Source: Gammaproteobacteria bacterium
GTDB lineage: Bacteria > Pseudomonadota > Gammaproteobacteria > Eutrophobiales > Eutrophobiaceae
DNA: 64,000 nt
Assembly (NCBI GenBank): GCA_965221695.1
Contig: OZ244905.1
Span: forward strand, 1,216,001-1,280,000
Direction: 5' to 3'
Made by a program: the position numbers and the translations under genes. Positions 48,926-62,020 of this stretch are shown here, piece by piece. Below the pieces are notes generated by a model, which made no database searches, was not told where the DNA came from, and was given only the letters and a program-made list of their open reading frames with translations. How positions within the stretch are numbered: the first letter of the stretch is position 1; every line of letters starts with the position of its first letter.

Positions 48926-51031
48926 TCAAGCCGCTTTTCGTTTTGTGAGTTCTTCTGCAATCCCGGGAGGAACAGGTATGTATTTCAAGAATTCCATGGT
49001 GTATGTCGCGCGCCCCTGGGTGGCCGAACGCAACGCTGTGGCATAACCGAACATCTGCTCAAGAGGAACTTCCGCCTTGATTATCCTGCCTGCAGCGGAG
49101 CTTACTGTTTCCGACAGGATGCCGCGCCGTCGGCTCAAATCGCCGGTCACGGAACCCAGGTAATCTTCCGGGGTAACGACTTCCACTTTCATAACTGGTT
49201 CCAGCAGTGTTGGCGCGGCGCGCAGGGCGCCGTCCCTGAAGCCTATGGAACCGGCAATCTTGAAGGCCATTTCGCTGGAATCCACTTCATGGAAAGAACC
49301 ATCATACAAGGTGACTTTGACATCCACCACCGGGTAGCCGGCGATAATGCCGCTCTCCATCTGCTCCTGAATGCCCTTGTTTACGGCCGGGATATATTCC
49401 TTCGGTATGGCGCCGCCGACAATATTGTTGATGAACTCGAAGCCTTGACCCGGTTGCTGCGGCTCAATTTTCAATATGACATGACCGTACTGGCCGCGTC
49501 CGCCGGACTGACGCACAAACCGCCCTTCCGCCTTATCCACTGATTTGCTAAGGGTTTCGCGATATGCCACCTGGGGCCTGCCGACATTGGCGTCGACCTT
49601 GAATTCCCGCTTCAACCGGTCCACGATGATCTCGAGGTGCAACTCACCCATGCCCGATATGATGGTTTGCCCGGACTCATCGTCGGTATGCACACGGAAC
49701 GAGGGATCCTCCTGCGCCAGTTTACCCAGGGCAATACCCATTTTTTCCTGGTCAGGCCTGGTTTTCGGTTCCACAGCGACGGATATGACCGGATCTGGAA
49801 ACTCCATCCTTTCCAGAATAATGGCATTATGCGTCGGGCATAAGGTGTCACCCGTGGTCACGTCCTTGAGCCCGACAGCGGCGGCAATATCACCCGCCCT
49901 TACCTCGTTTATTTCCTCCCTGGAGTTGGCATGCATTTGCAGGATCCGCCCGATACGCTCTTTCTTGTCTTTCACCGTGTTCAGAATCGTGTCGCCAGAC
50001 TTGAGAACACCGGAATAGACCCGGAAAAAAGTCAATGACCCGACAAACGGATCCGCGGCAATCTTGAATGCAAGCGCCGCAAATGGCTCATCATCGGAAG
50101 ACTGCCGGGAAATTTCGGTTTTGGGATCGTTTGCCAGCGCGCCCTTTACGGCAGGCACGTCAACAGGCGCGGGCAGGTAGTCGATGATTGCATCCAGCAT
50201 GCACTGCACGCCCTTGTTCTTGAATGCCGACCCGCATAGCGCCGGCACTATCTCGTTGCTCAAGGTCCTTTTCCTGATACCTTGCTTGATTTGTTCCACT
50301 GACAGGTCGCCTTCTTCCAGATAGAGTTCCATTAATTCCTCATCCGCCTCGGCGGCGGCCGCCACCAGTGTTTCGCGGGCTTCCCGACAGGCGTCGATCA
50401 TATGCTCTGGAATATCTCCTTCGGTAAAGTTCATGCCCATGCTGACATCATCCCAGTGAATCGACTTGCCGCGCACAAGGTCGACAATGCCTTGATACCT
50501 GTCTTCTGCGCCGATGGGTAGTTGCAACGGCACAACATCACTGCCGAGGCGATCCCTTATCTGCTCGACCACCCTGAGAAAATCCGCGCCGGAGCGATCC
50601 ATTTTATTGATGAAGGCCAATCTTGGCACGTTATACTTATCCGCCTGGCGCCATACTGTTTCTGATTGCGGCTCAACGCCGCCAACTGCGCAGAACACCG
50701 CGCAAGCGCCATCCAGGACCCTCAGCGATCGCTCAACCTCAATGGTAAAATCCACGTGCCCGGGGGTGTCGATGATGTTGATCCGGTGTTCCGGATACTG
50801 GCCCGCCATACCTTTCCAAAAACAGGTTGTCGCCGCCGAAGTGATCGTGATGCCTCGCTCCTGTTCCTGCTCCATCCAATCCATGGTGGCGGCGCCGTCA
50901 TGCACCTCGCCTATCTTGTGGGAAACGCCTGTGTAATACAGGATGCGTTCCGTGGTGGTCGTTTTACCGGCATCTATGTGAGCCATAATGCCGATATTAC
51001 GGTAACGTTCTATAGCTGTGCTGCGCGCCAT
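48926..51031 (-). CDS. fusA: Elongation factor G
   Basis: [35 protein letters not shown]. Confidence 0.98.
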   Translation of the reverse strand: MARSTAIERYRNIGIMAHIDAGKTTTTERILYYTGVSHKIGEVHDGAATMDWMEQEQERGITITSAATTCFWKGMAGQYPEHRINIIDTPGHVDFTIEVERSLRVLDGACAVFCAVGGVEPQSETVWRQADKYNVPRLAFINKMDRSGADFLRVVEQIRDRLGSDVVPLQLPIGAEDRYQGIVDLVRGKSIHWDDVSMGMNFTEGDIPEHMIDACREARETLVAAAAEADEELMELYLEEGDLSVEQIKQGIRKRTLSNEIVPALCGSAFKNKGVQCMLDAIIDYLPAPVDVPAVKGALANDPKTEISRQSSDDEPFAALAFKIAADPFVGSLTFFRVYSGVLKSGDTILNTVKDKKERIGRILQMHANSREEINEVRAGDIAAAVGLKDVTTGDTLCPTHNAIILERMEFPDPVISVAVEPKTRPDQEKMGIALGKLAQEDPSFRVHTDDESGQTIISGMGELHLEIIVDRLKREFKVDANVGRPQVAYRETLSKSVDKAEGRFVRQSGGRGQYGHVILKIEPQQPGQGFEFINNIVGGAIPKEYIPAVNKGIQEQMESGIIAGYPVVDVKVTLYDGSFHEVDSSEMAFKIAGSIGFRDGALRAAPTLLEPVMKVEVVTPEDYLGSVTGDLSRRRGILSETVSSAAGRIIKAEVPLEQMFGYATALRSATQGRATYTMEFLKYIPVPPGIAEELTKRKAA

Positions 51032-51056
51032 GGCTGAATCACTCCTTTACCTGCTA

Positions 51057-51530
51057 TCACCATCGGTAATGGGAGAAGGCCTTGTTGGCCTCAGCCATCT
51101 TGTGGGTGTCTTCTCTCTTTTTTATCGCGGTCCCCTTGTTCTCCGAAGCGTCCAGAATCTCGCCCGCCAGGCGCAGTCCCATACTTTTCTCTCCACGATT
51201 CTTTGCGGCATCAACCAACCAACGCATAGCCAGCGTTATACTGCGCTCCGCGCGCACTTCAATCGGAATCTGGTAGGTAGCGCCGCCTACCCGCCTGGAT
51301 TTCACTTCAACCACCGGCTTCACGTTATCCAGCGCCTCGATAAACACCTCCAGTGAGTTCTCCGTTTTTTTTCTGGCGCCGATTTGATCGAGCGCGCCGT
51401 AAACGATTTTTTCCGCGATGGATTTCTTACCACTGCGCATGACCATGTTGATAAACTTTGCCAGGACCGTATTGTGGTACTTCGGATCCGGCAAGATTTC
51501 CCGTTTTTCGGCTTCTCTTCTTCTGGACAT
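51057..51530 (-). CDS. rpsG: 30S ribosomal protein S7
   Basis: [23 protein letters not shown]. Confidence 0.98.
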   Translation of the reverse strand: MSRRREAEKREILPDPKYHNTVLAKFINMVMRSGKKSIAEKIVYGALDQIGARKKTENSLEVFIEALDNVKPVVEVKSRRVGGATYQIPIEVRAERSITLAMRWLVDAAKNRGEKSMGLRLAGEILDASENKGTAIKKREDTHKMAEANKAFSHYRW

Positions 51531-51564
51531 GACAGGCGCTTAGCAAATGGGTGAAGTATTACGT

Positions 51565-51939
51565 TTATGACTTGGGTTTCTTTGCGCCGTACTTGGAGCG
51601 GCGCTGGCGCCTATCAACTACGCCGGAGGTATCCAGAGTGCCCCGCACCGTATGGTAGCGCACGCCCGGCAGATCCTTTACCCGGCCGCCGCGTATCAGA
51701 ATGACGGAGTGTTCCTGCAGATTATGTCCCTCGCCACCGATATAGGTGGTCACTTCATAACCGTTGGTGAGCCGCACCCGGGCAACCTTGCGCAGAGCGG
51801 AGTTGGGTTTTTTCGGCGTGGTGGTGTAGACGCGGGTACACACCCCGCGTTTCTGGGGACAACTGTCAAGAGCAGGCACATTGCTCTTTGCCCGTTGCCG
51901 TTTTCTCGGCTTGCGCACCAACTGACTGATTGTAGCCAT
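51565..51939 (-). CDS. rpsL: 30S ribosomal protein S12
   Basis: [23 protein letters not shown]. Confidence 0.98.
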   Translation of the reverse strand: MATISQLVRKPRKRQRAKSNVPALDSCPQKRGVCTRVYTTTPKKPNSALRKVARVRLTNGYEVTTYIGGEGHNLQEHSVILIRGGRVKDLPGVRYHTVRGTLDTSGVVDRRQRRSKYGAKKPKS

Positions 51940-52140
51940 GAATAACTCTTCGTTTTAACCTGTTGTAGTTAACCGCGCCGCATGCGTGGTTTCCAGCAGC
52001 GCTGTAAATCAGCGCGTCCTAAGACATACCGGGCTTACGCTGATTGATAAAACAAAAAAACAACCACTACATCGGTCGTTTTTTGCCGCTGAATGGAAGG
52101 TTGGACACTTGTGTCCTTCAGCTTCCCAAAAAGAAGCGGG

Positions 52141-52170
52141 ATTTTAACCCGATATAAATCAGTATGTCAA
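52141..52170 (-). promoter_or_regulatory. Putative str operon sigma70 promoter
   Basis: TTGACA-N18-TAAAAT on the minus strand followed by a GC-rich discriminator-like CCCGC. Confidence 0.6.
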
Positions 52171-52191
52171 GAACAAGAAGAGAAAAAATCT

Positions 52192-52266
52192 TAAACCGAA
52201 TATCTCACCGATTCGCTTGTTAACATCAGAGTGATCATCGCATCAATCGGTGAGATATTCGGGTTA
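52192..52266. repeat. 75-bp inverted-repeat element (perfect 18-bp arms)
   Basis: CCGAATATCTCACCGATT (52196-52213) / AATCGGTGAGATATTCGG (52245-52262). Confidence 0.8.
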
Positions 52267-52362
52267 GCGTACGCATCGTTTGTGCTTTAACGTTTCCACT
52301 GGGGGCGCGGACGTCTCGCCCGAGCCCCCAGGGAAACAAGTGACCGATGTCTGGCGCTTCTA

Positions 52363-52403
52363 CGCGCTCTCACCAGTCCTGGATGGACTTGTTCGAAGAT
52401 TCC
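52363..52403. mobile_element. Degenerate end of the IS5-like MITE abutting the rpoC stop codon
   Basis: Minus strand TTAA|GGAATCTTCGAACAAGTCCATCCAGGACTGGTGAGAGCGCG aligns to GGAAGCTCTGAACAAGTCTATCCTGGACTTGTCAGAGCACG. Confidence 0.65.
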
Positions 52404-55400
52404 TTAACTGGAAAGAGTGCTGGTAGCGTATTCCGCCGAATCTTCCCGCGTCGGAGGCAGGATAATTACCTCCGTGCCATCGCTGCCATCCCCGTCTTCC
52501 ACAGCATGTTCCTTGAGACCTTGCTGTACTTCCATTTCATCCTCAGCGCGCTGTTTTCTCCGCTCGTTATGGTACGCAAGCCCTGTGCCTGCCGGCACCA
52601 GGCGACCAACGATGACGTTTTCCTTCAATCCGCGCAGGTCATCCCGTTTGCTGTTGACGCTGGCTTCAGTCAGCACTCGGGTAGTCTCCTGGAACGATGC
52701 CGCTGAGATAAATGATTCGGTAGACAGTGACGCCTTGGTAATACCCAGCAACACCGGTTCCCATTGCGCCTCCAGCTTGTCGTTCGTCCGCAGCTCCTCA
52801 TTCTCATTCATGACCCTGGCTTTCTCCATCTGTTCGCCCTTGAGAAAAACTGATTCGCCCGGATCTGTGATTTCGACCTTGCGCAACATCTGCCTGACAA
52901 TGATTTCGATATGCTTGTCGTTAATCTTAACGCCTTGCAAGCGGTAGACCTCCTGGATTTCGTTCACGATATAATTCGCCAAGGCATGCGCGCCCTTCAA
53001 CCTGAGGATATCATGGGGTGTCGGGGGACCGTCAGCGACTGCCTCGCCTTTTTCCACATGCTCTCCCTCAAACACATTGATGTGACGCCATTTCGGCACC
53101 AGCAACTCATGGTCTTCTCCATTTTTGTCGGTGATAACCAAGCGCTGTTTGCCTTTTGTATCCTTGCCGAAACTTACCAAGCCGCTCGCTTCAGCCAGGA
53201 TCCCCGGCTCCTTGGGTTTTCTGGCTTCAAACAGATCGGCAACCCTGGGCAGACCACCGGTGATATCGCGGGTTTTCAGCGACTCCTCCGGCATTTTAGC
53301 GATCTCATCGCCGACTTTTACCTCAGCGCCTTCGCGCACACTAATAATCGTCTTCGATTTCAGTGGATAATGCGCGGGAATGGATGTGTCAGGAAAGGTC
53401 AACTGCGCTCCATCCGCATCCACGAGGATCACGACCGGACGCATTTCTCTTGCGTCACTGGGACGTTCCTTGGGATCCATGATCATCATGTTGGTCAAGC
53501 CAGTGATCTCGTCAATGTGTCGGGAAACAGTCTTGCCTTCGACAATATCGGCGAATCGGACCGTGCCCGAAACCTCGGTGATGAGCGGGCGTGTATGCGG
53601 GTCCCAACTGGCGATTTTCACGCCGGGTTCCACCACATCGCCGTCTTGTACGGTAAGCACCGCCCCGTACTCAAGCTTGTAACGCTCGCGCTCTCTGCCG
53701 ACCTCATCCAGCAACGACACATCCCCGGAGCGTGATACAACCACGCTGTTGCCGCTCTCTTGCTCAAGCAGTTTGACGTTATCCAAACGCACGCTGCCGC
53801 CGTATTTCACGTCGATGCTGCTGGTCGCAGCCACCCGGGAGGCGGCGCCGCCTATATGGAATGTTCTCATCGTTAATTGCGTGCCGGGTTCGCCGATCGA
53901 TTGCGCAGCCACGACGCCGACAGCCTCGCCAATATTAACCAGATGGCCGCGCGCCAGATCTCTGCCGTAACAGCGCGCGCAGATCCCATAACGGGTCTCA
54001 CAGGTTATCGGCGAACGCACCTCTACCTCATCAACGCCGTTTTCATCCATCAGTTCGGCCAGTTCCTCATCCAGCAAAGTACCGGCAGGAATAATTATCT
54101 CCTCGGGAGAACCAGGTTTGGTGATATCACTGACCAGGACCCGCCCCAGCACTCTTTCCCGCAGAGGTTCGACAACATCTCCTCCTTCAATCAGGGAAGT
54201 CAGCTTGATGCCGGCCTCCGTGCCGCAATCGTCTTCAGTGACGACCAGGTCTTGGGCAACATCCACCAGACGCCGGGTCAGGTACCCGGAATTGGCGGTT
54301 TTCAAGGCTGTATCCGCAAGACCTTTGCGCGCGCCATGGGTGGATATAAAATACTGGAGCACATCAAGACCTTCTCTGAAGTTCGCAGTGATAGGTGTTT
54401 CAATGATCGAACCATCTGGTTTTGCCATCAGTCCGCGCATGCCGGCCAGTTGTCTGATTTGGGCTGCAGAGCCGCGCGCGCCGGAATCTGCCATCATGAA
54501 AATCGAATTGAACGAGGGCTCATCAACCTCGGCGTCATTCTTGTCTCGGACTGTTTCCACACCCAGCTTGTCCATCATGGCCTTGGCTACCTGATCGCTG
54601 GTACGCGACCAGATATCGACCACCTTGTTATAGCGCTCGCCGTTGGTGATCAACCCTGAGGTATACTGCTGCTCGAACTGTTTGACATGCTCTTCCGTCT
54701 CGCCAATGATGTCGCTCTTGTCTTCCGGAACTACCATATCATCAACACCGAAGGAAACGCCGGCGCGGGTCGAGTAATGAAACCCGGTGTACATCAGTCG
54801 ATCTGAGAATATAACGGTTGTTTTCAGGCCAAGTCGCCGATAGCAGACATTAATCAGCCTGGAAATGGAGCGTTTGTTAAGAACCTGATTGACCAGTGAA
54901 AACGGCATCTCCTCGGGCAAAATACGCGACAGCAATGCCCTGCCGACCGTGGTTTCTACGCGCTCGTAATTTGGCAGCGCATCGTTATCGCGGTCGTTGC
55001 CGGGCGCTGCCTGCCTGATGCGCACACTGATCTTTGCGTGCAAATCAACTGCGCCGCATTCGTATGCGCGATGGACTTCGTCCACATCGACGAACACTTT
55101 GCCGGCGCCTTTTGCCTGCGCCGACTCCCGGGTCATGTAATACAGCCCAAGCACTACGTCCTGGGTGGGCACGATAATGGGTTCGCCGTTAGCAGGCGAT
55201 AGAATATTATTAGTGGACATCATCAAGGTGCGCAATTCCAGTTGCGCCTCAATGGAAAGCGGGACATGCACGGCCATCTGGTCGCCGTCGAAATCCGCAT
55301 TGAATGCCGTGCACACCAAGGGGTGCAACTGGATTGCCTTGCCTTCGATCAGCACAGGCTCAAACGCCTGGATGCCGAGGCGGTGCAGGGTGGGCGCCCG

Positions 55401-56672
55401 GTTCAGCATGACCGGGTGCTCGCGGATAACCTCTTCCAGGATATCCCAGACTTCAGGCCCTTCTTTCTCCACCAGTTTTTTTGCCGCCTTAATGGTTGTG
55501 GCCAATCCCCTGCCTTCCAACTTGCTGAAAATAAAGGGCTTAAACAACTCCAGCGCCATTTTTTTGGGCAAGCCGCACTGGTGCAGCTTTAGGGTAGGGC
55601 CCACCACAATGACCGATCGCCCTGAATAGTCGACCCGCTTGCCCAACAGGTTCTGGCGGAAGCGGCCTTGTTTGCCTTTGATCATATCGGCCAGGGATTT
55701 CAAGGGCAGTTTGTTGGCGCCGGTAATGGCCCGGCCTCGGCGTCCGTTATCCAATAGCGCGTCAACCGCCTCCTGCAACATGCGCTTCTCGTTACGCACG
55801 ATAATATCGGGCGCGTTCAAGTCCAGCAAACGCTTCAAGCGGTTGTTGCGGTTGATTACCCGGCGATACAGGTCATTCAGATCAGAGGTGGCAAAACGCC
55901 CGCCGTCCAATGGGACCAACGGCCGCAAATCAGGGGGCAGCACCGGCAGCGCTTCCATGACCATCCACTTCGGGTGGTTGCCGGAACGCTGGAAAGCTTC
56001 CAGCAGTTTGAGCCGTTTTGAAAGTTTTTTCAGCTTGGTTTCCGACTTGGTCTGCGGCATTTCCTCGCGCAGTTTCTTTATCTCGGCGTCGAGGTCTATA
56101 TTAGCCAGCAGCTCGCGGATCGCCTCAGCGCCCATTTTTGCCTCGAACTCATCGCCATACTGTTCAATAGCCTCAAGATAACTGTCTTCCGCCAGCAACT
56201 GTCCAGGCTGCAATTGGGTCAGGCCCGGATCAATGACTACATAGGCTTCAAAGTACAATACCCGCTCTATCTCGCGCAGAGTCATATCCAACAGCAGTCC
56301 CATCCGGGATGGCAAAGACTTCAGGTACCAGATATGCGCAACGGGGCTGGCCAACTCGATATGTCCCATACGCTCGCGCCGCTCCTTGGAAAGTGTGACT
56401 TCCACGCCACATTTCTCACATTTCACGCCGCGGTGTTTCAGACGCTTGTACTTGCCGCACAAACATTCGTAATCCTTGACCGGGCCAAAGATTTTTGCGC
56501 AGAACAAACCGTCCCGTTCCGGCTTGAAGGTACGGTAATTGATGGTCTCCGGTTTTTTGACTTCTCCCATCGACCAGGAATGGATCTTATCAGGCGACGC
56601 CAAGCCGATGACAATAGCATCGAACTCTTCGATCTGGTTCTGTTGTTTCAGCAGCTTTAATAAATCTTTCAA
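52404..56672 (-). CDS. rpoC: RNA polymerase beta' subunit
   Basis: NADFDGD active-site motif, [12 protein letters not shown] start. Confidence 0.99.
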   Translation of the reverse strand: MKDLLKLLKQQNQIEEFDAIVIGLASPDKIHSWSMGEVKKPETINYRTFKPERDGLFCAKIFGPVKDYECLCGKYKRLKHRGVKCEKCGVEVTLSKERRERMGHIELASPVAHIWYLKSLPSRMGLLLDMTLREIERVLYFEAYVVIDPGLTQLQPGQLLAEDSYLEAIEQYGDEFEAKMGAEAIRELLANIDLDAEIKKLREEMPQTKSETKLKKLSKRLKLLEAFQRSGNHPKWMVMEALPVLPPDLRPLVPLDGGRFATSDLNDLYRRVINRNNRLKRLLDLNAPDIIVRNEKRMLQEAVDALLDNGRRGRAITGANKLPLKSLADMIKGKQGRFRQNLLGKRVDYSGRSVIVVGPTLKLHQCGLPKKMALELFKPFIFSKLEGRGLATTIKAAKKLVEKEGPEVWDILEEVIREHPVMLNRAPTLHRLGIQAFEPVLIEGKAIQLHPLVCTAFNADFDGDQMAVHVPLSIEAQLELRTLMMSTNNILSPANGEPIIVPTQDVVLGLYYMTRESAQAKGAGKVFVDVDEVHRAYECGAVDLHAKISVRIRQAAPGNDRDNDALPNYERVETTVGRALLSRILPEEMPFSLVNQVLNKRSISRLINVCYRRLGLKTTVIFSDRLMYTGFHYSTRAGVSFGVDDMVVPEDKSDIIGETEEHVKQFEQQYTSGLITNGERYNKVVDIWSRTSDQVAKAMMDKLGVETVRDKNDAEVDEPSFNSIFMMADSGARGSAAQIRQLAGMRGLMAKPDGSIIETPITANFREGLDVLQYFISTHGARKGLADTALKTANSGYLTRRLVDVAQDLVVTEDDCGTEAGIKLTSLIEGGDVVEPLRERVLGRVLVSDITKPGSPEEIIIPAGTLLDEELAELMDENGVDEVEVRSPITCETRYGICARCYGRDLARGHLVNIGEAVGVVAAQSIGEPGTQLTMRTFHIGGAASRVAATSSIDVKYGGSVRLDNVKLLEQESGNSVVVSRSGDVSLLDEVGRERERYKLEYGAVLTVQDGDVVEPGVKIASWDPHTRPLITEVSGTVRFADIVEGKTVSRHIDEITGLTNMMIMDPKERPSDAREMRPVVILVDADGAQLTFPDTSIPAHYPLKSKTIISVREGAEVKVGDEIAKMPEESLKTRDITGGLPRVADLFEARKPKEPGILAEASGLVSFGKDTKGKQRLVITDKNGEDHELLVPKWRHINVFEGEHVEKGEAVADGPPTPHDILRLKGAHALANYIVNEIQEVYRLQGVKINDKHIEIIVRQMLRKVEITDPGESVFLKGEQMEKARVMNENEELRTNDKLEAQWEPVLLGITKASLSTESFISAASFQETTRVLTEASVNSKRDDLRGLKENVIVGRLVPAGTGLAYHNERRKQRAEDEMEVQQGLKEHAVEDGDGSDGTEVIILPPTREDSAEYATSTLSS

Positions 56673-56683
56673 TGTTCACTACC

Positions 56684-59600
56684 TCATTCAAGTTCTATGT
56701 CTATGCCCAGGGACTTGATCTCCTTCAGCAGAACGTTGAAGGACTCGGGCATGCCGGCTTCTATCTGGTGATTGCCATCGACGATGTTCTTGTACATTTT
56801 CGTACGGCCGTTCACGTCGTCGGACTTGACTGTCAGCATTTCCTGCAAGGTATAAGCGGCGCCGTATGCCTCCAGCGCCCAGACCTCCATTTCGCCAAAA
56901 CGCTGGCCGCCGAATTGAGCCTTACCGCCCAGGGGTTGCTGTGTTACCAGACTGTAGGGCCCGGTGGAACGGGCATGCATCTTGTCGTCAACAAGATGGT
57001 TGAGTTTCAACATGTACATGTACCCCACAGTAATCGGCCGGTCGAACGGGTCGCCGGTCCTGCCGTCATACAAAATGCTCTGGCCGTCGCGGCTCAGCCC
57101 GGCCAGTTCAAGCATGTCCTTGATTTCCTGTTCGCTGGCCCCGTCAAAAACCGGTGTGGCGATGGGCACACCATCCTTGAGGTTCTCCGCCAGGTGCAGA
57201 ATTTCGTCATCAGAAAGCTGGTCCAGTTGCTCCGTTCTGCCGCCGCTGTCGTTGTAAATCTTTTCCAGCAGCGCGCGCAGGTCTTTGGTTTTCTGCTGCG
57301 CAGCAAGCAGCGCGCCGATGCGCTGTCCCAGGCCCTTGGCGGCCCAACCCAAGTGGGTTTCCAACACCTGGCCCACGTTCATGCGGGAAGGCACGCCCAG
57401 AGGGTTCAATACGATATCTACTGGTGTTCCATCCTCCAGATAAGGCATGTCCTCTACGGGTATGATGGTGGAAATAACGCCTTTGTTGCCATGCCGGCCC
57501 GCCATTTTGTCACCAGGCTGGATATGCCGTTTGACCGCAAGATAAACCTTGACGATCTTCAATACACCGGGCGCTAGATCGTCTCCAGTGGTCAACTTGT
57601 CTCGCTGGTCCTTGAACTTGTCGTCAAATTCCTCCTTGAGCTGGCGCAACTGCTCTGCGGCCTGTTCCAGAATGCGAGTCTGCGCATTGCTGCGAAAACG
57701 AATTTCAAACCATTTGTCGCGGGGGGTATCCGCCAGAAATTCACTCTTGATGACCGTGCCGCGCTTGTATCCGTTCGGCCCGCCCTCTGCCTTCTTGCCG
57801 ACGAGATTGCGTTCCAATCTTTGGTATACCCCGTCTTCCATGATTCGCAACTGGTCGTTCAAATCCTTTCTGATCCGATTCAATTCCGCCTCTTCAATTT
57901 CCATGGCCCGGGCATCTTTTTCCACACCGTCGCGGGTAAATACCTGCACATGTATCACCGTGCCGTTCATGCCTGAGGGCACCCTCAGGGAGGTATCTTT
58001 GACATCGGAAGCCTTCTCGCCAAATATCGCCCGCAGCAGTTTCTCTTCCGGGGTGAGTTGCGTCTCGCCTTTCGGCGTCACCTTGCCGACCAGGATATCG
58101 CCGGGGCTGACCTCTGCGCCGATATACACGATGCCGGATTCATCCAGCTTGCTCAAGGCGCTCTCGCTGACATTCGGGATATCCGCGGAAATCTCCTCCG
58201 GACCAAGCTTGATATCCCGCGCGACGCAACTGAGTTCTTCAATATGAATACTGGTGTAGCGTTCATCCTTGACCAGTCGCTCGGAAATCAGGATGGAGTC
58301 CTCGAAGTTATAGCCGTTCCAGGGCATGAATGCGACCATGAGATTCTGCCCCAGGGCCAACTCTCCAAGATCCGTTGCGGGACCATCAGCCAGCACATCC
58401 TTGCTGGCAATCATGTCGCCCGGTTTGACCAACGGCTTCTGGTTGATGCAAGTGTTCTGGTTGGAGCGGGTATACTTGACCAGGTTGTAGATATCGACAC
58501 CTGGATCCCCAGGCGCTATCTCTTCATCATTCACGCGCACGACGATACGACTGGCATCGACGGAATCAACCACGCCGCCGCGATCGGCGGTCACCGTGAC
58601 ACCGGAATCCTTTGCTACCGTCCGTTCAATGCCGGTTCCGACCAGCGGTTTCTCGGCGCGGATCGTCGGCACCGCCTGGCGCTGCATATTGGAACCCATC
58701 AATGCCCTGTTGGCGTCATCATGTTCCAGAAAGGGAATTAGCGCCGCCGCGACCGATACGATCTGCCGCGGTGAAACGTCCATGTATTCGACCCGATCAG
58801 GCGTGGACATGGTGAACTCGTTCTGGCGTCGGCATGACACCAGTTCGTCGGTCAGCCTTCCGTCAGCATCCAGGTTCGAGTTGGCCTGGGCGATCATGTA
58901 GTCTCCTTCTTCAATGGCAGACAGGTACTCGATATCGTTGGAAACCTTGCCGTCCTGAACTTTTCTGTAAGGCGTTTCCAGAAAACCGTATTCATTCGCG
59001 CGCGCGTACACCGCAAGGGAATTTATCAGACCGATATTGGGTCCTTCCGGCGTTTCGATGGGGCAAACCCGGCCATAGTGGGTCGGGTGCACATCCCGTA
59101 CCTCAAACCCGGCCCTTTCCCGGGTCAATCCGCCGGGACCCAGCGCGGAGATACGCCGTTTATGGGTAATTTCTGACAACGGATTGTTCTGGTCCATGAA
59201 CTGGGAAAGCTGGCTCGAGCCGAAAAACTCCTTGACCACCGCCGAAACAGGTTTCGCATTGATGATCTCCTGGGGCATCAGCCCTTCAGATTCAGCCAGG
59301 CTCAGCCGCTCTTTGACCGCGCGCTCCAGCCGTACGAGTCCGATCCTGAACTGGTTCTCGACCATCTCTCCGACGCTGCGCACCCGGCGGTTGCCCAGGT
59401 GGTCAATATCATCAACCGTGCCTTTGCCATTGCGAATGTCCATCAATGTCCGCAACACATCGATGATGTCCGAGCTGTCGCCCAGTTCTTCGCGCATCTT
59501 CTTGGACGTCTCATCGTTCCGTTCGCTGAAATATTTTCCGTCATAGATTACGCCCGGCCCGGTGACCTCCTGGCGGTTAACCCGGCGATTGAACTTCATC

Positions 59601-60826
59601 CGTCCGACTGCGGACAGGTCATAACGATCCTGGGAGAAAAACAGGTTTTTGAACAGATTTTCCGCTGATTCCTTGGTCGGCGGTTCACCCGGACGCATGA
59701 CCCGGTAGATTTCAATCTGCGCGTCCTGTTGCGACGCAGTCTGGTCCATGCGCAGCGTATCGGCAATAAACGGTCCGCAATTCAGGTCGTTGACAAACAG
59801 GGTTTCCAGTTCCAGCTTGCCCTGCTGACGCAGGGAATCCAGAGTTTCCTGTGTTATCTCGGTATTGGCCTGCGCCAGGATTTCACCGGTCTCCATATCG
59901 ACCACATCTCTGGCAAGCGCCTTGCCGATGAGGAATTCATCGGGCACTTTCAGTTCCTTGAGTTTAGCTTTTTCCAGGGCGCGGATATGTCTCACGGTAA
60001 TGCGCTTTTCACTTTCTATGATTACATTTCCAGCTTTGTCCGCGATATCGAAGGTAACTGTTTCGCCGCGCAAGCGTTCCGCTATCAGTTTCAGATAGAT
60101 GCCGTTCTGATCGATCCTGAACTGGTCCGTTTCAAAAAATATGTCCAGGATGTCCTGGGAGGTATAACCCAACGCCTGCAACAATATAGTAGCGAGTATC
60201 TTGCGACGCCGGTCGATACGGCAAAATACAATGTCTTTCGGGTCAAATTCAAAATCCAACCAGGACCCGCGATAAGGAATCACCCTGGCGGAATAAAGCA
60301 GTTTCCCCGATGAGTGGGTCTTGCCCTTATCGCTTTCAAAAAACACGCCGGGCGACCTGTGCAACTGGAATACGATCACCCGCTCCGTGCCGTTGATCAC
60401 GAATGTTCCGGTTTCCGTCATCAGCGGAAGCTCGCCCATATAGACTTCCTGCTCCCTGATATCTTTTACTACCCTGTTGCTCAGGCCCGCGTCCTTATCA
60501 AAAATAACCAACCTTACCCTCGCCTTCATCGACGCCGCGTAAGTGAGCCCTCTCATTTTGCATTCTTTGACGTCAAACTGCGGTTGCTCCAGCCTGTAGC
60601 TGACATATTCCAGGCTGGCATTACCGGAATAACTGTCTATCGGAAAAACAGATTGGAACGCGGCATGCAAACCGGCGTTTTGCCGTTGTTCGGGCGCGCG
60701 GCCGGATTGCAGAAATTCGTCGTAGGAATTTCTCTGGGTCGCCAGCAGGTAAGGCACATCCAGTATGCTTTGTCTTTTTCCGAAATCCTTGCGCAGGCGT
60801 TTCTTTTCAGTATAGGAGTAGGTCAT
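56684..60826 (-). CDS. rpoB: RNA polymerase beta subunit
   Basis: [33 protein letters not shown]. Confidence 0.99.
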   Translation of the reverse strand: MTYSYTEKKRLRKDFGKRQSILDVPYLLATQRNSYDEFLQSGRAPEQRQNAGLHAAFQSVFPIDSYSGNASLEYVSYRLEQPQFDVKECKMRGLTYAASMKARVRLVIFDKDAGLSNRVVKDIREQEVYMGELPLMTETGTFVINGTERVIVFQLHRSPGVFFESDKGKTHSSGKLLYSARVIPYRGSWLDFEFDPKDIVFCRIDRRRKILATILLQALGYTSQDILDIFFETDQFRIDQNGIYLKLIAERLRGETVTFDIADKAGNVIIESEKRITVRHIRALEKAKLKELKVPDEFLIGKALARDVVDMETGEILAQANTEITQETLDSLRQQGKLELETLFVNDLNCGPFIADTLRMDQTASQQDAQIEIYRVMRPGEPPTKESAENLFKNLFFSQDRYDLSAVGRMKFNRRVNRQEVTGPGVIYDGKYFSERNDETSKKMREELGDSSDIIDVLRTLMDIRNGKGTVDDIDHLGNRRVRSVGEMVENQFRIGLVRLERAVKERLSLAESEGLMPQEIINAKPVSAVVKEFFGSSQLSQFMDQNNPLSEITHKRRISALGPGGLTRERAGFEVRDVHPTHYGRVCPIETPEGPNIGLINSLAVYARANEYGFLETPYRKVQDGKVSNDIEYLSAIEEGDYMIAQANSNLDADGRLTDELVSCRRQNEFTMSTPDRVEYMDVSPRQIVSVAAALIPFLEHDDANRALMGSNMQRQAVPTIRAEKPLVGTGIERTVAKDSGVTVTADRGGVVDSVDASRIVVRVNDEEIAPGDPGVDIYNLVKYTRSNQNTCINQKPLVKPGDMIASKDVLADGPATDLGELALGQNLMVAFMPWNGYNFEDSILISERLVKDERYTSIHIEELSCVARDIKLGPEEISADIPNVSESALSKLDESGIVYIGAEVSPGDILVGKVTPKGETQLTPEEKLLRAIFGEKASDVKDTSLRVPSGMNGTVIHVQVFTRDGVEKDARAMEIEEAELNRIRKDLNDQLRIMEDGVYQRLERNLVGKKAEGGPNGYKRGTVIKSEFLADTPRDKWFEIRFRSNAQTRILEQAAEQLRQLKEEFDDKFKDQRDKLTTGDDLAPGVLKIVKVYLAVKRHIQPGDKMAGRHGNKGVISTIIPVEDMPYLEDGTPVDIVLNPLGVPSRMNVGQVLETHLGWAAKGLGQRIGALLAAQQKTKDLRALLEKIYNDSGGRTEQLDQLSDDEILHLAENLKDGVPIATPVFDGASEQEIKDMLELAGLSRDGQSILYDGRTGDPFDRPITVGYMYMLKLNHLVDDKMHARSTGPYSLVTQQPLGGKAQFGGQRFGEMEVWALEAYGAAYTLQEMLTVKSDDVNGRTKMYKNIVDGNHQIEAGMPESFNVLLKEIKSLGIDIELE

Positions 60827-61061
60827 TACATACCCTCTTCATGAAGAAAAGTGAGGAAAGTGGCTGGCGTCGGAAGTAAATATGCCCAGGCAGATCGCGG
60901 GCAGGCAGCCGCCTCCATAGATTTTCCGAACGCGGGCAGCGCAAACGATACCGACCTGTTCATGCAGGTCCCTGACAACAGGGACAGATTCAAATCTGTC
61001 CCGGTCTTGCGCCGATTGCCGTGTTGTTGGCAGGCGTGGCCAAAAATACGACACAGTTGAA

Positions 61062-61442
61062 CTATTTAAGTTCAACTGTGGCGCCGGCCTCTTCCAACTT
61101 CGCCTTTGCCTCTTCGGCCTCCTCCTTGTTTACCGCTTCCCTGATTGTAGCCGGCACGCCTTCCACCAGATCTTTCGCTTCTTTCAACCCCATACCGGTA
61201 ATAGCCCGTACTACCTTGATAACAGGCACCTTGCTGTTGCCGAAGCTGCTCATGACCACATCGAATTCGGTTTTTTCCTCAGCTTCCTCCACTACCGCAG
61301 CAGTTCCGGCTGCAGCCACGGCGGCAACAGGCGCAGCAGCGCTTACGCCCCATTCTTCTTCCAGTTCCGAGATAAGACCCACCAGGTCAATGACCGGCAT
61401 ACTGCTCAGGGCCGCTTTGATTTCATCTTTTGAGACAGACAT
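61062..61442 (-). CDS. rplL: 50S ribosomal protein L7/L12
   Basis: Ala-rich hinge, [18 protein letters not shown]. Confidence 0.98.
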   Translation of the reverse strand: MSVSKDEIKAALSSMPVIDLVGLISELEEEWGVSAAAPVAAVAAAGTAAVVEEAEEKTEFDVVMSSFGNSKVPVIKVVRAITGMGLKEAKDLVEGVPATIREAVNKEEAEEAKAKLEEAGATVELK

Positions 61443-61478
61443 TTTCTACTCCTCTTCGATACACTAACTGAATATGGG

Positions 61479-62003
61479 TTATGTGGCTTGCTGCTCACGG
61501 CGAGCGTCAAGCACACGCAACAATTTCGCCTCCGGCTCCGACAGAACGCGCAGGAATTTACTGAGCGGCGCCTGCATTAAGCCGAGCAACATGGATCGCG
61601 CCTGATCCTGGGTCGGCATATTCGCAACGCTTTCAATCTGAGCGCTATCAAGCAGTTGCCCGTCAACGGCAATCAGCCTGACAACCAGCTTTTCATTTTC
61701 CTTGGCAAAGTCGCGAATCACCTTTGCCGCCGAGCCCGGTTCCTCATTGGAAAAAGCCAGCAGCAGCGGGCCGGAAAGCGTCTCGCGCATACATTCAAAC
61801 TTTGTTCCTTCCAAGGCGCGGCGCGCCAGGGTATTCCGCACCACCCTGAGATAAATCCCGGCAGAACGGGCCGAGGACCGCAACGCCGTCATCTCGGCAA
61901 CGTCCAGCCCCTTGTACTCTGCTGCAATGGCCGCGGGCGCCGCAGCGGCGACTGCTGCCACCTCAGCCACAACGGCCTCCTTCTGTTTCAGTGTAAGACT
62001 CAT
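61479..62003 (-). CDS. rplJ: 50S ribosomal protein L10
   Basis: RVVRNTLARRA, EPGSAAK. Confidence 0.97.
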   Translation of the reverse strand: MSLTLKQKEAVVAEVAAVAAAAPAAIAAEYKGLDVAEMTALRSSARSAGIYLRVVRNTLARRALEGTKFECMRETLSGPLLLAFSNEEPGSAAKVIRDFAKENEKLVVRLIAVDGQLLDSAQIESVANMPTQDQARSMLLGLMQAPLSKFLRVLSEPEAKLLRVLDARREQQAT

Positions 62004-62020
62004 AATTCCATCTCCGGTTC

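Noticed and set aside
51565-59230. Streptomycin or rifampicin resistance alleles in rpsL and rpoB
   Set aside because: RpsL PKKPNS and RVKD motifs and the RpoB cluster I sequence look wild type
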